A stretch of 64,000 bases of DNA from a virus. The position numbers and the translations under genes were made by a program. Below the pieces are notes generated by a model. It saw nothing but the letters and a program-made list of their open reading frames with translations. It was not told the DNA's origin and ran no database searches. Position 1 is the first letter of the stretch; every line of letters begins with the position of its first letter. The DNA is taken from IMG/VR virus record IMGVR_UViG_3300032334_001923, positions 63,288-127,287 of that record; one strand, given 5' to 3'. Of this stretch, positions 40,097 through 49,698 are shown in pieces.

Positions 40097-41683
40097 ATGC
40101 CTAATACCAATATACAAGCACTTAATTACGGTGACAATCAAAATCAGCTGATAAACAAGCTGAATAATAATTTTGACGAGGTTGTTGAATTCCACGGGGG
40201 AAGCCAGGGTTTGACCGGACCAACAGGAAGTAGAGGTCCAATTGGTGAATCTGGTACTATCGGAATAACTGGTCTAACTGGACCTAGAGGAACAAGATGG
40301 TTTATTAACGCTAGTGTTAGTCCATCAGGCTCTGGAAATTATGTGGTCGAGGGAGATTATTGGATAGAATCTGTTACGGGACAAATCTACATTTTCACCG
40401 ATACCGGGTGGACATACACTGGATATAACTTCAATGCAACTGGATCTCTATTTTCTTCCATAACTAGTAATTATGATGCTTCCATGAATCCCTCATCGGG
40501 ACTCACTGGAGCTTCTATTGTAGAGAATCAAGTTAATCCTGAAAAATACACATTTGTAGTATCTGATAATGCACCAGAGTCGGACATTTTAAATGAGCTA
40601 CTTTCTAAATTTCTTATTTCTACAAATCCTAATAGTAACTCTGGTCCTGTTTTAGAGTTTTCTAAAAGCAACATAGAGGATGGTACGATCTCTGATTATT
40701 TACAACATCCTACTTTTAAATGGGCTAATTTCACTTCAGGTGACGATTCTATAATACTTAACGTTCCTGGAGGTATTTTTACTTTGGGTGCAAGTGGAGG
40801 ATTTCAATCCTCTTCGAGAGACTATAATATAAATGCTTCAACTTCATTATCGGTAGAGTATGGTGCGACATCCGGATCTGGAATATTTTCAACCGGTGGA
40901 TTTCAAATTAATGCACCTTCCGGTGATTTCAATTTAATAAGTTCTTTTTATAGTGTTACCGGAGGTTCCGGAACCTTCTCTAAACCTATAGAATCTACTT
41001 CAACACTTCCTGGTTCTGTTTCTTCCCTTTATGTTTCTATAGGAGGAACGTCGGGATTTAGAAGTACTAGATCTGGAGACAACTCAGGAACACTCTCGCA
41101 TAATGTCTACCACATTAAACTTGAAAATAGTGACGGAACACAGTTTTATCTAGACACAAAAGGAAAACTAAAGACCAATAAGATCGACGAGGGACTTACA
41201 ATTCCGGTTAATACCCCTGGTATAACAGGCGCTAATAATTGGTTTGTGTTATCTGCACCGTATACTCCCGATAGTGCATACACTTCTTTGGAAAATGGTA
41301 ATAACATAATATTTGCTCCGAATATAGGATCTACTGCTTCGTATGTCGGGGTTGCTTTTAACACTCTGATTGATTATTCGCTCGGTTCAACCGGAGGGGT
41401 TCTTCCTGGAGAATCTATAGATATAAATGTTTACTGCGGATCTGATCAATATGTTGGTTATTGGGAAAATCAAGTAGATGGAGCTAATTATACCGGATTT
41501 AAGTATATTGGATATGGTTCGACCGCAGGGGTTACCACAGCGGTTACACTTCCATTTAAAGCTCAAGCTATAGATTTTACACTAACCAAGGGAGTAACTG
41601 GTCCTTTAACCACAGTTTTTTATAAAGCATATAACACCGGAGTTGGTGGCGCTGGTGCCTCGGGGGGATATTTCAGTTTCTGA
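40097..41683 (+). CDS. Tail fibre-like protein (paralogue 1) with short collagen-like GxxGxx repeat
   Basis: GDNQNQLINKLNNNF, then GLTGPTGSRGPIGESG...GPRGTRW, then GDYWIE. Confidence 0.65.
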   Translation: MPNTNIQALNYGDNQNQLINKLNNNFDEVVEFHGGSQGLTGPTGSRGPIGESGTIGITGLTGPRGTRWFINASVSPSGSGNYVVEGDYWIESVTGQIYIFTDTGWTYTGYNFNATGSLFSSITSNYDASMNPSSGLTGASIVENQVNPEKYTFVVSDNAPESDILNELLSKFLISTNPNSNSGPVLEFSKSNIEDGTISDYLQHPTFKWANFTSGDDSIILNVPGGIFTLGASGGFQSSSRDYNINASTSLSVEYGATSGSGIFSTGGFQINAPSGDFNLISSFYSVTGGSGTFSKPIESTSTLPGSVSSLYVSIGGTSGFRSTRSGDNSGTLSHNVYHIKLENSDGTQFYLDTKGKLKTNKIDEGLTIPVNTPGITGANNWFVLSAPYTPDSAYTSLENGNNIIFAPNIGSTASYVGVAFNTLIDYSLGSTGGVLPGESIDINVYCGSDQYVGYWENQVDGANYTGFKYIGYGSTAGVTTAVTLPFKAQAIDFTLTKGVTGPLTTVFYKAYNTGVGGAGASGGYFSF

Positions 41684-41689
41684 TATATA
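41682..41689 (+). promoter_or_regulatory. Candidate late promoter GATATATA
   Basis: 21 nt before ATG 41711. Confidence 0.55.
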
Positions 41690-41710
41690 GCATAAGCTAA
41701 GTAATATAAA

Positions 41711-43456
41711 ATGCCAGATTTAAAATTATTAAGAATAGAGGACGGGGATTCACAAAAAGTTTTTGTTGATAAGATCAACTCAAACTTTTCTAATATTCTG
41801 TCTTTTGGTGGAGGACCTTACGGGAGAATAGGGAAAAAAGGTCCTCAGGGTGACCAAGGAACATTGGGTCCAGCTGGATCCTATGGAGATCCAGGACGGA
41901 GAGGTAATATATGGACGGTTGGTGGAACCTCGTATCCATCATCGCCTTTTAACGATGACTTCTGGATAGATGTTTTTAATTTCAATAAAGTTTATCAATA
42001 TGAGAATGGATCTTGGTTAGATTACGGTTTAAATCTATCTGCTCAGGATCTATTTAGAATATATGGTCCTTTAGTTACTGCATCAAGCGGGGTTTCCAAT
42101 AGGAACGGATATTTTATAACTTCACAAATACCGGAGAGTTATACTGTTGTATTAAGTGATAACAATTTCGATTCTTCACCTTCCGGAAATAGTGTCTATA
42201 CTTTTAACCCTCAGTATTCTAAGATGGTGCTATCGGTTAACAGCAGTATAGAAACGAGAAAACTTTTAGAGTTCACTAAGGCAGATTATCAAATAGACCC
42301 AGCATTCTATTCTAAAACCCCAAGATTCCTTTGGTCAACAGGAACAACTGCTGACAGAGGCCAGTATGGATTGAAATTTGAATCCTATGGCGGATTTTCT
42401 TTAGATATACAAAATGCAGCTTTAAACCTAGAATCAAATACTTCTAGTGTAAGATTTAATTCAACGGGCTTTAATATCAATCTAAACTCAACTAATCCTC
42501 TTACTATGACCTCTGCCGGAGGTAATATAGTTTTTGATTTTAGCTCGACCGGAACTGCTTTATTTTCGGCCTCTAATATAAAATACGCGAATAATACATT
42601 CACCGTTCCGGTAAGAACTCTTTTCATATCCGGATTTAAAGATGCAAATCCACCCCTTTGGCTGAATACCACGGTCGGGAGCGCATCTGGACTAAGACAC
42701 AAGTCAACCGTTTCAACAAACAGGAACTCTTTCTTAATGAGGATCCTTGATATAACAGATGTTAATTCACCACAGTCAATATTCAACGTTTTATCAAACG
42801 GTGACGTTTATTATAACAGAAAAATAGATTCAGTTCAACCGTCTCAGAGTGTAACTAACAGTGTTTCTGCAAATGTGACCGATAGTTACGGAACCAGAGC
42901 TTGCTATTGGACTACAGTAATTCCAACAGTGGCTATGACTGCTCAAGGACAAAGTAATATGCTGATGTCCAACAACGGTGTTGATTTCGTTTTCGACCCT
43001 ACTAGATTTAATGGTGACGGTTTGACAGGTAGTAACGCTGGAATATCTCTATGGCTTCCTTCAGCATTCGGAGGTACTGGATCAAACCGGGGATGGCTAA
43101 ATCTTTTAGATGACCATGAATGTATAACTATAAGAGTTAAAAGCTCTAGTAGTGATAAGATGTTCAGGTATATTGGAATTAATACTAACACCACACAGAA
43201 TTCTACATTCCCCGATGGGACTACTAATCCTGGAGCAGTTGGTAACGGACAGGTAGTTGATTTAAGCAGTGGAGCTGGGGTCGGAGCATCTGCGGTAGAT
43301 TTCACTATAATGAACATATCAGGAACAGGACCAACTGGAGCTAGTTACAGATGGTTTAAAGTCTATTATTCTGCTTATGGTCCAAATCTATGGCTAGGAT
43401 TTGGTGATCATGTAAAATGCGGGGTATTATATACAGTAAATTCAACACCTTTTTAA
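41711..43456 (+). CDS. Tail fibre-like protein (paralogue 2)
   Basis: GDSQKVFVDKINSNF, GKKGPQGDQGTLGPAG...GRRGNIW, DDFWID. Confidence 0.65.
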   Translation: MPDLKLLRIEDGDSQKVFVDKINSNFSNILSFGGGPYGRIGKKGPQGDQGTLGPAGSYGDPGRRGNIWTVGGTSYPSSPFNDDFWIDVFNFNKVYQYENGSWLDYGLNLSAQDLFRIYGPLVTASSGVSNRNGYFITSQIPESYTVVLSDNNFDSSPSGNSVYTFNPQYSKMVLSVNSSIETRKLLEFTKADYQIDPAFYSKTPRFLWSTGTTADRGQYGLKFESYGGFSLDIQNAALNLESNTSSVRFNSTGFNINLNSTNPLTMTSAGGNIVFDFSSTGTALFSASNIKYANNTFTVPVRTLFISGFKDANPPLWLNTTVGSASGLRHKSTVSTNRNSFLMRILDITDVNSPQSIFNVLSNGDVYYNRKIDSVQPSQSVTNSVSANVTDSYGTRACYWTTVIPTVAMTAQGQSNMLMSNNGVDFVFDPTRFNGDGLTGSNAGISLWLPSAFGGTGSNRGWLNLLDDHECITIRVKSSSSDKMFRYIGINTNTTQNSTFPDGTTNPGAVGNGQVVDLSSGAGVGASAVDFTIMNISGTGPTGASYRWFKVYYSAYGPNLWLGFGDHVKCGVLYTVNSTPF

Positions 43457-43459
43457 AAG

Positions 43460-45766
43460 ATGCACTTTAATACTAAATATATTTTTCAAGGAGACTCAGA
43501 GAAAGAGATAGTCAAAAAGATAAACTACAATTTTGATCAGATTCTTTCTTTCGCTGTTGGCCCGGACGGACACGTAGGTGACAAAGGTCCAACCGGATAC
43601 GCCGGACCTGCGGGAAAAAAAGGCGTACATGGAGGATCTGGTGCAAGGGGATCTTTATGGTTTAAGCAATCAACCGAGCCATCTTCATCTATAAGTAACC
43701 AATTCGATAAGTGGATAGATGAATCAACAAGTTCCAACGAGGTTAAAGAATATGGCCCAACAGGAAGCTGGAGTTACACAGGATACTCAATGTTTTCCTC
43801 CACTTACTTCAAATCTTATTCAGGAATATCTGGACCTGCTGGGGTTACTGATAAATTCGTTATAGGATTTTCAAATTCTGGCGGATTAACTGCAAGTGAA
43901 ACGAGTCTCGTTCTTTCCGACAAGACATTGAATATAACCAATTCAAATCCTAATAGAAGTAAACTGATCATTTCAACTCTTGATCAAACTTCCACCCCTG
44001 TACTTACATTTACGAAAACAACTACAAATACTACGGGTGCTCCTTCGTTCTATTGGAAAAATACGGGAGCAGATACAGGTTTAGTTCTAAAATCTTCAGG
44101 CTCTTCCATTTCTTTTGTTTCTTCCCTAGGTCTAACCATAGATTCAAGTACAGCTAGAAGTATAATCTTTGGTACTTCTATGACTATGACAGCTAACAAT
44201 GATATAAAAATTTCGGGATTAGGAGATTTTATACTTGGGACTAATACTACTATAGGAACTGGATCTGCTTTTGCCATACTTACTAGCAACATAGAAATGG
44301 CATCATCGTATTATAGATCCAATGTACCTACTAAAATAAATAATTCGCAGTCTGGAGTTTTTACTTTGGATAACACCAAAAACGTAACTGGAACTTCAAC
44401 ATCTTATGGCATACAGATGGAAGTTCAAAGTCAAGTTAATTTAAGGGGATTTGAATTTTTAGACCTAACTGGTTCTGCTATATTTTCGGGGAAAATAAAG
44501 GGTCCGGTGTCTTCTGGTAAATCTCTTCAAACAACTTTTGGCTCAACTGGGAATGCAGCAGCAGGATCTACAGGGGGCCCTTATTTTTATCATGTCAAAA
44601 GGCTTAAAGAAATACGCTCTGACGGTAGCACAGTAACATGTAGACAGTATTTCAATTCAAGCACTTCAACTACTTATAACATACCTAATGTAATAGATCT
44701 AGACTCTTTGACACTGTGGGATTCCAATTACATCATGGTAACCCCAATAGGTACTGCTTTAAACTCATGGAATCCTCCAACAACATACGGAGTTTATTTA
44801 AAGATTCCTGCCCCTCTTTCACCTACAGCTCCTTTATTTTATAACGGAACTGCTACAAATTACAGAGTTTTCGTTAATGACATAAACCCAAGTAACAGTG
44901 CGCCTAACAACGACATTAAAATAGTGGGTTTAGTTTGGGACTACACTAGATACACAGGAACTTCAGCAACTACGACCACTTATTATCTGACCTTTCCTAG
45001 AGAAAGAGACATGAATTTTTATCAGAGCTACGGTTGCTCTTATGTTGATCTTATATGGATGCCACTCACGAGTTCAACCAATGCTACACCTAAAATATTT
45101 TGGAAAACGTGTAACGGGAGTGCAGGGTTTATCAACGTCACCAACTACTACACTGTGGGACAATTAGTTCCTCCTAGCTCTGGCGGTGGAAGTGTCGGAA
45201 ATCCGCTATCTTCTTCCGGTGGAGGTGGGGTATCTTCTGGAGGAGGCGGTATCGGCGGTGGAGGATATGGAGGTGGATCACCTTCAGGAGGTGGAGGCTG
45301 CTTCTTGCCTGGAACTCTTATAACTATGGCTGATGGATCTAAGAAACTAATCGAAGAAATTTCGATAGGAGATCTTGTGATGTCTTATGATTTCAACTCT
45401 GGAAAATTGACAGATGATGTTGTTTCTGAAACATTCAATCTTGTAAATAACAATATAGTAGAATTTGTTCTAGAAAACGGGACATCTTTAAGAAGCACTT
45501 CGGATCACCCATATTGGGTTGAAAATAAAGGCTGGTGTTCTTTTGATCCCATAGCAACTAAAGATAAATACAGCATAGATTCTGCTCTTATAGATGAGGA
45601 TGATCTATTAACTTCGGATGATCTTAAACAGATTAAGATAATTTCGATTAAAAAACTGGAAATGTTAGAAAGCAAAGTGATAAACTTCCATGCGCTTAAG
45701 AATCAGAATTATTTTGCAGAGGGAGTCCTAGTTCATAATAAACAAATATTCATCCCTGCGGAGTAA
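43460..45766 (+). CDS. Tail fibre-like protein (paralogue 3) with Gly-rich linker and C-terminal Hint domain
   Basis: GDSEKEIVKKINYNF, collagen-like repeat, RGSLW; ends GGGG-CFLPGT...TSDHPYW...NYFAEGVLVHN-KQIFIPAE. Confidence 0.75.
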   Translation: MHFNTKYIFQGDSEKEIVKKINYNFDQILSFAVGPDGHVGDKGPTGYAGPAGKKGVHGGSGARGSLWFKQSTEPSSSISNQFDKWIDESTSSNEVKEYGPTGSWSYTGYSMFSSTYFKSYSGISGPAGVTDKFVIGFSNSGGLTASETSLVLSDKTLNITNSNPNRSKLIISTLDQTSTPVLTFTKTTTNTTGAPSFYWKNTGADTGLVLKSSGSSISFVSSLGLTIDSSTARSIIFGTSMTMTANNDIKISGLGDFILGTNTTIGTGSAFAILTSNIEMASSYYRSNVPTKINNSQSGVFTLDNTKNVTGTSTSYGIQMEVQSQVNLRGFEFLDLTGSAIFSGKIKGPVSSGKSLQTTFGSTGNAAAGSTGGPYFYHVKRLKEIRSDGSTVTCRQYFNSSTSTTYNIPNVIDLDSLTLWDSNYIMVTPIGTALNSWNPPTTYGVYLKIPAPLSPTAPLFYNGTATNYRVFVNDINPSNSAPNNDIKIVGLVWDYTRYTGTSATTTTYYLTFPRERDMNFYQSYGCSYVDLIWMPLTSSTNATPKIFWKTCNGSAGFINVTNYYTVGQLVPPSSGGGSVGNPLSSSGGGGVSSGGGGIGGGGYGGGSPSGGGGCFLPGTLITMADGSKKLIEEISIGDLVMSYDFNSGKLTDDVVSETFNLVNNNIVEFVLENGTSLRSTSDHPYWVENKGWCSFDPIATKDKYSIDSALIDEDDLLTSDDLKQIKIISIKKLEMLESKVINFHALKNQNYFAEGVLVHNKQIFIPAE
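45299..45739 (+). other. Hint (bacterial intein-like, A-type) domain, 147 aa
   Basis: Block A CFLPGTLITMADGS, block B TSDH, terminal VHN followed by Lys; no endonuclease insert. Confidence 0.9.
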
Positions 45767-45789
45767 TTTATAATATAAAAACAATAAAA

Positions 45790-46056
45790 ATGGCTTTATT
45801 AACAAAAAAAGAAAAGGATACGATCCTAAAATTCTCAGAAACCTACATCAAGCTTCACGGGGAGATAGTTGAAGTTGAAAAACATATAAAAGATCTGGAG
45901 CAAAGATCAGGAGATCTAGTAAACGATCTTCAGTGTTGTAGAAAGAATGAGGCCGAATTTATGAGTAAGCTCGAAGCCAAATATGGCCCGGGGAAGTTAA
46001 ACCCTATGACCCTTTGTTGGGAAAAAGAAATTATTAGAGATGAAGTACTTCAGTAA
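45790..46056 (+). CDS. Small coiled-coil protein (possible fibre assembly chaperone)
   Basis: 88 aa with heptads and a C-terminal LEAKYGPGKLN motif of a type seen beside fibre genes; function inferred. Confidence 0.45.
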   Translation: MALLTKKEKDTILKFSETYIKLHGEIVEVEKHIKDLEQRSGDLVNDLQCCRKNEAEFMSKLEAKYGPGKLNPMTLCWEKEIIRDEVLQ

Positions 46057-46882
46057 AGAAACACCAGGAAAAGTTTTCAGCCTGCTATCTAGCAGGATGG
46101 GACTTTTAGTAGTTATAGCAATCTTAATTATGCTATTTCTAAAACAATGCAACGAGAGAGCAGCAATCGAGGCAGAAGCAAAAAGAGAGCACAACAATTA
46201 TCTGGCAGCTCAGGATAGTGTTAGAACTATAAGTAAGGATAAGGATCACCTCATCCAAGAAAAGTCTGCTTTTCAACTTAAAGTTTCAGAGCTTTCTAAA
46301 GATCAGAAGGATCTTATAGCTCAACTAGGACTAAAATCAAACGGTAGAGGAAATACACCTAGAACTGTTATTGAAACCGTAGTTGAGTATAGAGATACAG
46401 GGAGAGTGGTTTCTTCGGTTATTAAAGACGCATCTGGTGAATCTATTAATTTTGAATACGCACCGGAGATGAAGGGAAAGAATAAATTAGTTATATCAGG
46501 AAAAACTCCATATAAAGTAAATCTTTTTAAAGATCCCGAAGACAGCACTAGATATTTAACCTCTGTTGATCCTGGACATACTGATTTAACAATTGCACAG
46601 AATATAGAATTGGTTACTGGAATATATCAAGATCCTAAGTCAAAGAGAATTATGACTAGAGTTAGCACAACTTTTCCTAATTTAACTTTTAGTGATGTTA
46701 ACTCTTTTGATATTACTGATAACCCAGAAACAAGAAAAAGTCTTAAGAACGCCAGAAAAGAATTCGGAATTGGATTCACAATAGGTTACGGAATGGCTTT
46801 ATCAACAACAGGAGTTAAACCTGGATTAATATTAGGAGTTGGTTTCCACTATACCCCTAAGTTTCTCCAATTTGGAAAATAA
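46040..46882 (+). CDS. Membrane protein, possible spanin-like lysis protein
   Basis: N-terminal TM helix (GLLVVIAILIMLFL) ending KQC, then a coiled coil and a C-terminal amphipathic hairpin GIGFTIGYG...LGVGFHY. Confidence 0.4.
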   Translation: MKYFSKETPGKVFSLLSSRMGLLVVIAILIMLFLKQCNERAAIEAEAKREHNNYLAAQDSVRTISKDKDHLIQEKSAFQLKVSELSKDQKDLIAQLGLKSNGRGNTPRTVIETVVEYRDTGRVVSSVIKDASGESINFEYAPEMKGKNKLVISGKTPYKVNLFKDPEDSTRYLTSVDPGHTDLTIAQNIELVTGIYQDPKSKRIMTRVSTTFPNLTFSDVNSFDITDNPETRKSLKNARKEFGIGFTIGYGMALSTTGVKPGLILGVGFHYTPKFLQFGK

Positions 46883-46890
46883 TTAGAAAA

Positions 46891-49692
46891 ATGGCATATA
46901 GTACATCATCAAAATACGTTCAGCTCACTCCATATCTTTTAATGGAGTATATGTATGCTGATCAACCTACCCCGGAAACATATTTTACGAATACCGGAGG
47001 ATCCACTGTTACCTTTGATAAATTGATCAATGGGTACATGTCTGATGCTGTACAGATTTTTAATCCTCCAGCGGATTATAGCATAACCCAAAACGGTCCA
47101 GAAAATAGTGTGGTTAAGATAGCTGAGAATTCATTTGTGACCTTAGATTCTAACCTTATAATTCCATTTAATGATTATTCAGAATATCTTACTGACACCA
47201 CGAATCTTCCGATAACTTTTCCGTATAACTTAAGTGTTGTTTATGACACTATCAGATACCACCTCAGAGCGGGATACAATCTTCAGAATATAGATGGACT
47301 TATTATAGGAATAGATTTTCAGGATGTCGATTCTACTTATGTTACAATTTCTCAGATACTTTTAAAGAGAGGAACTGAACAGGAGTACACTTTAAATCCC
47401 AATCCTGTAACAATTGGATCAAACATCTATGACAAGTTCTTTGAGATCAAGATACCTAGTTTAAAGAACATGAACGACACGTATCTTGCAACCCCAGCAA
47501 ACTTCCAATCTGTTTCATTAGCGGGTTTATTAAGTGCTAGTGGAAACGGGTTTGTATATGGAGCTCCGATGAGAATATCTCTTTGGCAGGTTCAAAGTAC
47601 TGATGATTTTGCAGGTTATGACAGATATAATTCTTCCAGAATAGCTCTTCTATCTTTAGAGGAGGAAGATCCTTTTGCAAACATAGGAGCCGTGATACAA
47701 GAATCCGATAAAGGAGAATTCTTTGAATATTTTGCAACCGATAATGAAGGATTCATAGAGGATTTTATTCTTTTCCAGAATTCAATAGGAAATAGCTATT
47801 ACATAAGTCATCAGATAGAAGTACTTGAACAAATTGGTGCTGCAATTATAGAAACGTCTAGGTTTGAATCTATACAGACAACTGCTTATGATACACCTAA
47901 CTACTATAGACCTATAGTTAGAAATGCCGCCTATGCTGCATCTTTCTTTCTAAGATACACTATGTCTCTGGTTAATAATAAAGACCAAACAAGGGTAATT
48001 AGAATAGCATCATATTCATCTAATAATCCTTCTCAGTGGGGATTAAATATAACTCCAATTCAACTTAGTACTTTTCCGCAAGTTCAGAAAATATACAACA
48101 AGGTTTACAGTCAGCCCCAAATTAAACTTGGAGGGTTTAACACTCCACAACCTAAGGAGATATTGAAATTCACGAATGTTTACATCCAGCAGAATTTAAT
48201 TAATTCCACTGCGACTAATCTGGTTCTTCAAAACGGATCTCTTACCGAGACCCTTAGTTCCACCCCTAGTGTTGCAGTTGGTACTGGTAAATTAACGGTA
48301 ACCCTTTCTCCTTTTGATAATTATTATAAATTCAAATTTATTAAGAGTGGAAGTGACGGAACCCCTGTTGCTGTAGATCTTAGCAATTCGCCTATTTATA
48401 ATTTGGCCTTCCTGGATAATCAGGGAAATAAAATTTATGTTCCTACTCTTTCCGATCCAACTATAGCTAGACCTTCTTCAGGAGAATTGGCTTTTAAAGT
48501 TGATGAATCAACATCAGTTAAGGTTCTTAAATTCAGTGACAGAAGATTCTTTATAGTAAGTGGAGGAGGAAATCCACTAGGTGCTACAGGATCAACGGTG
48601 GCTCTGGCTTCAAGTGTTGAAGCTGTTGCCTCCGGAAATCGTGAAAGATTAAGAGCAGTTCCTATTTCTAGTACAGATCCTGCTATAAATCTAGCCACTC
48701 AGAATTATAAAAGTCTTAACACGATCACTAAGACAACTAACACTTTAAACCCAGACTCAACTAAAAACAATCCTGCTAGTGTTATCTATTGGGGATATTG
48801 GAAGAAAGAAGGAGAATCTGATTTTGTAACAACCGTTACCACGGCAGGTGCAACTGGTGCAACTGGTGCTCCAGCTCCTGTAAGTAGTGGAACACAGGTT
48901 CTTGGAGATCTTGAGCCAGTAGTTATTATTCCTAGAAAACCATTTATCCGTACAATTAAACCTCCTGTTAGAGGCCAAATTCTAGAATCTAATCTTGGAT
49001 TAACCGGACCTGTAGCGGTAAGCTCAGCAACAAATCGGTTAACAGGAAACGCTTTGATTTCTGCCCTTAGCGCTCAGATTCAAGGGTACAAAGATTCTGG
49101 ATGGAAAGATCAAACAATTATAGATTACTTCCTAATACCAGGAAATCCTGGGTATATCCAATATCCTGGATTAACTAAAGCTGAATTCATAAAAGCAGCA
49201 AGTGGAATTCTTTCCCCTACTTCTATCAGCGTTCTAACAAGACAATCAATCTCATCAAGTGGAGGCGCTAGTGGATGTCCAACCCCAGATATGAAAATTT
49301 ATTTAGGTAAGGATAATTGGGTTACTGCAGGAAACTTAGTTAAAGGAATGGAGGTTTACACAGTTCATGAAAAAACAGGGGAGTGGGGAATTTACAAAGT
49401 TGTTCATTCTGAAATAATCAAGCAACCGGTGTTGGCTGTTAAAATAGGTGACAAGAGAGTAACCGTTTCAGCTTCCCATAAATTCTTAACGGATTCCGGA
49501 AAATATGAAGAAACTATGGATCTGAAGATTGGATCTCTCATAAGAACTATAAATGGAACTGCCATCCTATCAGAGAAGAACTACATTGGTGAATCTGATG
49601 TTGTTAAAATAGAGGTACAGGGAGCACATACCTATATAATGGAGGGATTTGTTTCTCATAATAAAAGAGCAGCAGAAAAAATAGAAGAATAA
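46891..49692 (+). CDS. Virion structural protein with C-terminal Hint domain
   Basis: 933 aa; ends SGGASG-CPTPDMKI...SASHKF...TYIMEGFVSHN-KRAAEKIEE. Confidence 0.7.
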   Translation: MAYSTSSKYVQLTPYLLMEYMYADQPTPETYFTNTGGSTVTFDKLINGYMSDAVQIFNPPADYSITQNGPENSVVKIAENSFVTLDSNLIIPFNDYSEYLTDTTNLPITFPYNLSVVYDTIRYHLRAGYNLQNIDGLIIGIDFQDVDSTYVTISQILLKRGTEQEYTLNPNPVTIGSNIYDKFFEIKIPSLKNMNDTYLATPANFQSVSLAGLLSASGNGFVYGAPMRISLWQVQSTDDFAGYDRYNSSRIALLSLEEEDPFANIGAVIQESDKGEFFEYFATDNEGFIEDFILFQNSIGNSYYISHQIEVLEQIGAAIIETSRFESIQTTAYDTPNYYRPIVRNAAYAASFFLRYTMSLVNNKDQTRVIRIASYSSNNPSQWGLNITPIQLSTFPQVQKIYNKVYSQPQIKLGGFNTPQPKEILKFTNVYIQQNLINSTATNLVLQNGSLTETLSSTPSVAVGTGKLTVTLSPFDNYYKFKFIKSGSDGTPVAVDLSNSPIYNLAFLDNQGNKIYVPTLSDPTIARPSSGELAFKVDESTSVKVLKFSDRRFFIVSGGGNPLGATGSTVALASSVEAVASGNRERLRAVPISSTDPAINLATQNYKSLNTITKTTNTLNPDSTKNNPASVIYWGYWKKEGESDFVTTVTTAGATGATGAPAPVSSGTQVLGDLEPVVIIPRKPFIRTIKPPVRGQILESNLGLTGPVAVSSATNRLTGNALISALSAQIQGYKDSGWKDQTIIDYFLIPGNPGYIQYPGLTKAEFIKAASGILSPTSISVLTRQSISSSGGASGCPTPDMKIYLGKDNWVTAGNLVKGMEVYTVHEKTGEWGIYKVVHSEIIKQPVLAVKIGDKRVTVSASHKFLTDSGKYEETMDLKIGSLIRTINGTAILSEKNYIGESDVVKIEVQGAHTYIMEGFVSHNKRAAEKIEE
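49276..49662 (+). other. Hint (bacterial intein-like) domain, 129 aa
   Basis: Starts with Cys after Gly; block B SASH; block F VVKIEVQGAHTY; terminal SHN followed by Lys. Confidence 0.85.
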
Positions 49693-49698
49693 TAGATT

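Noticed and set aside
45299-49662. Canonical splicing inteins or homing elements
   Set aside because: Both Hints have Lys at +1, only 8-9 downstream residues and no endonuclease, so they were treated as intein-like processing domains.
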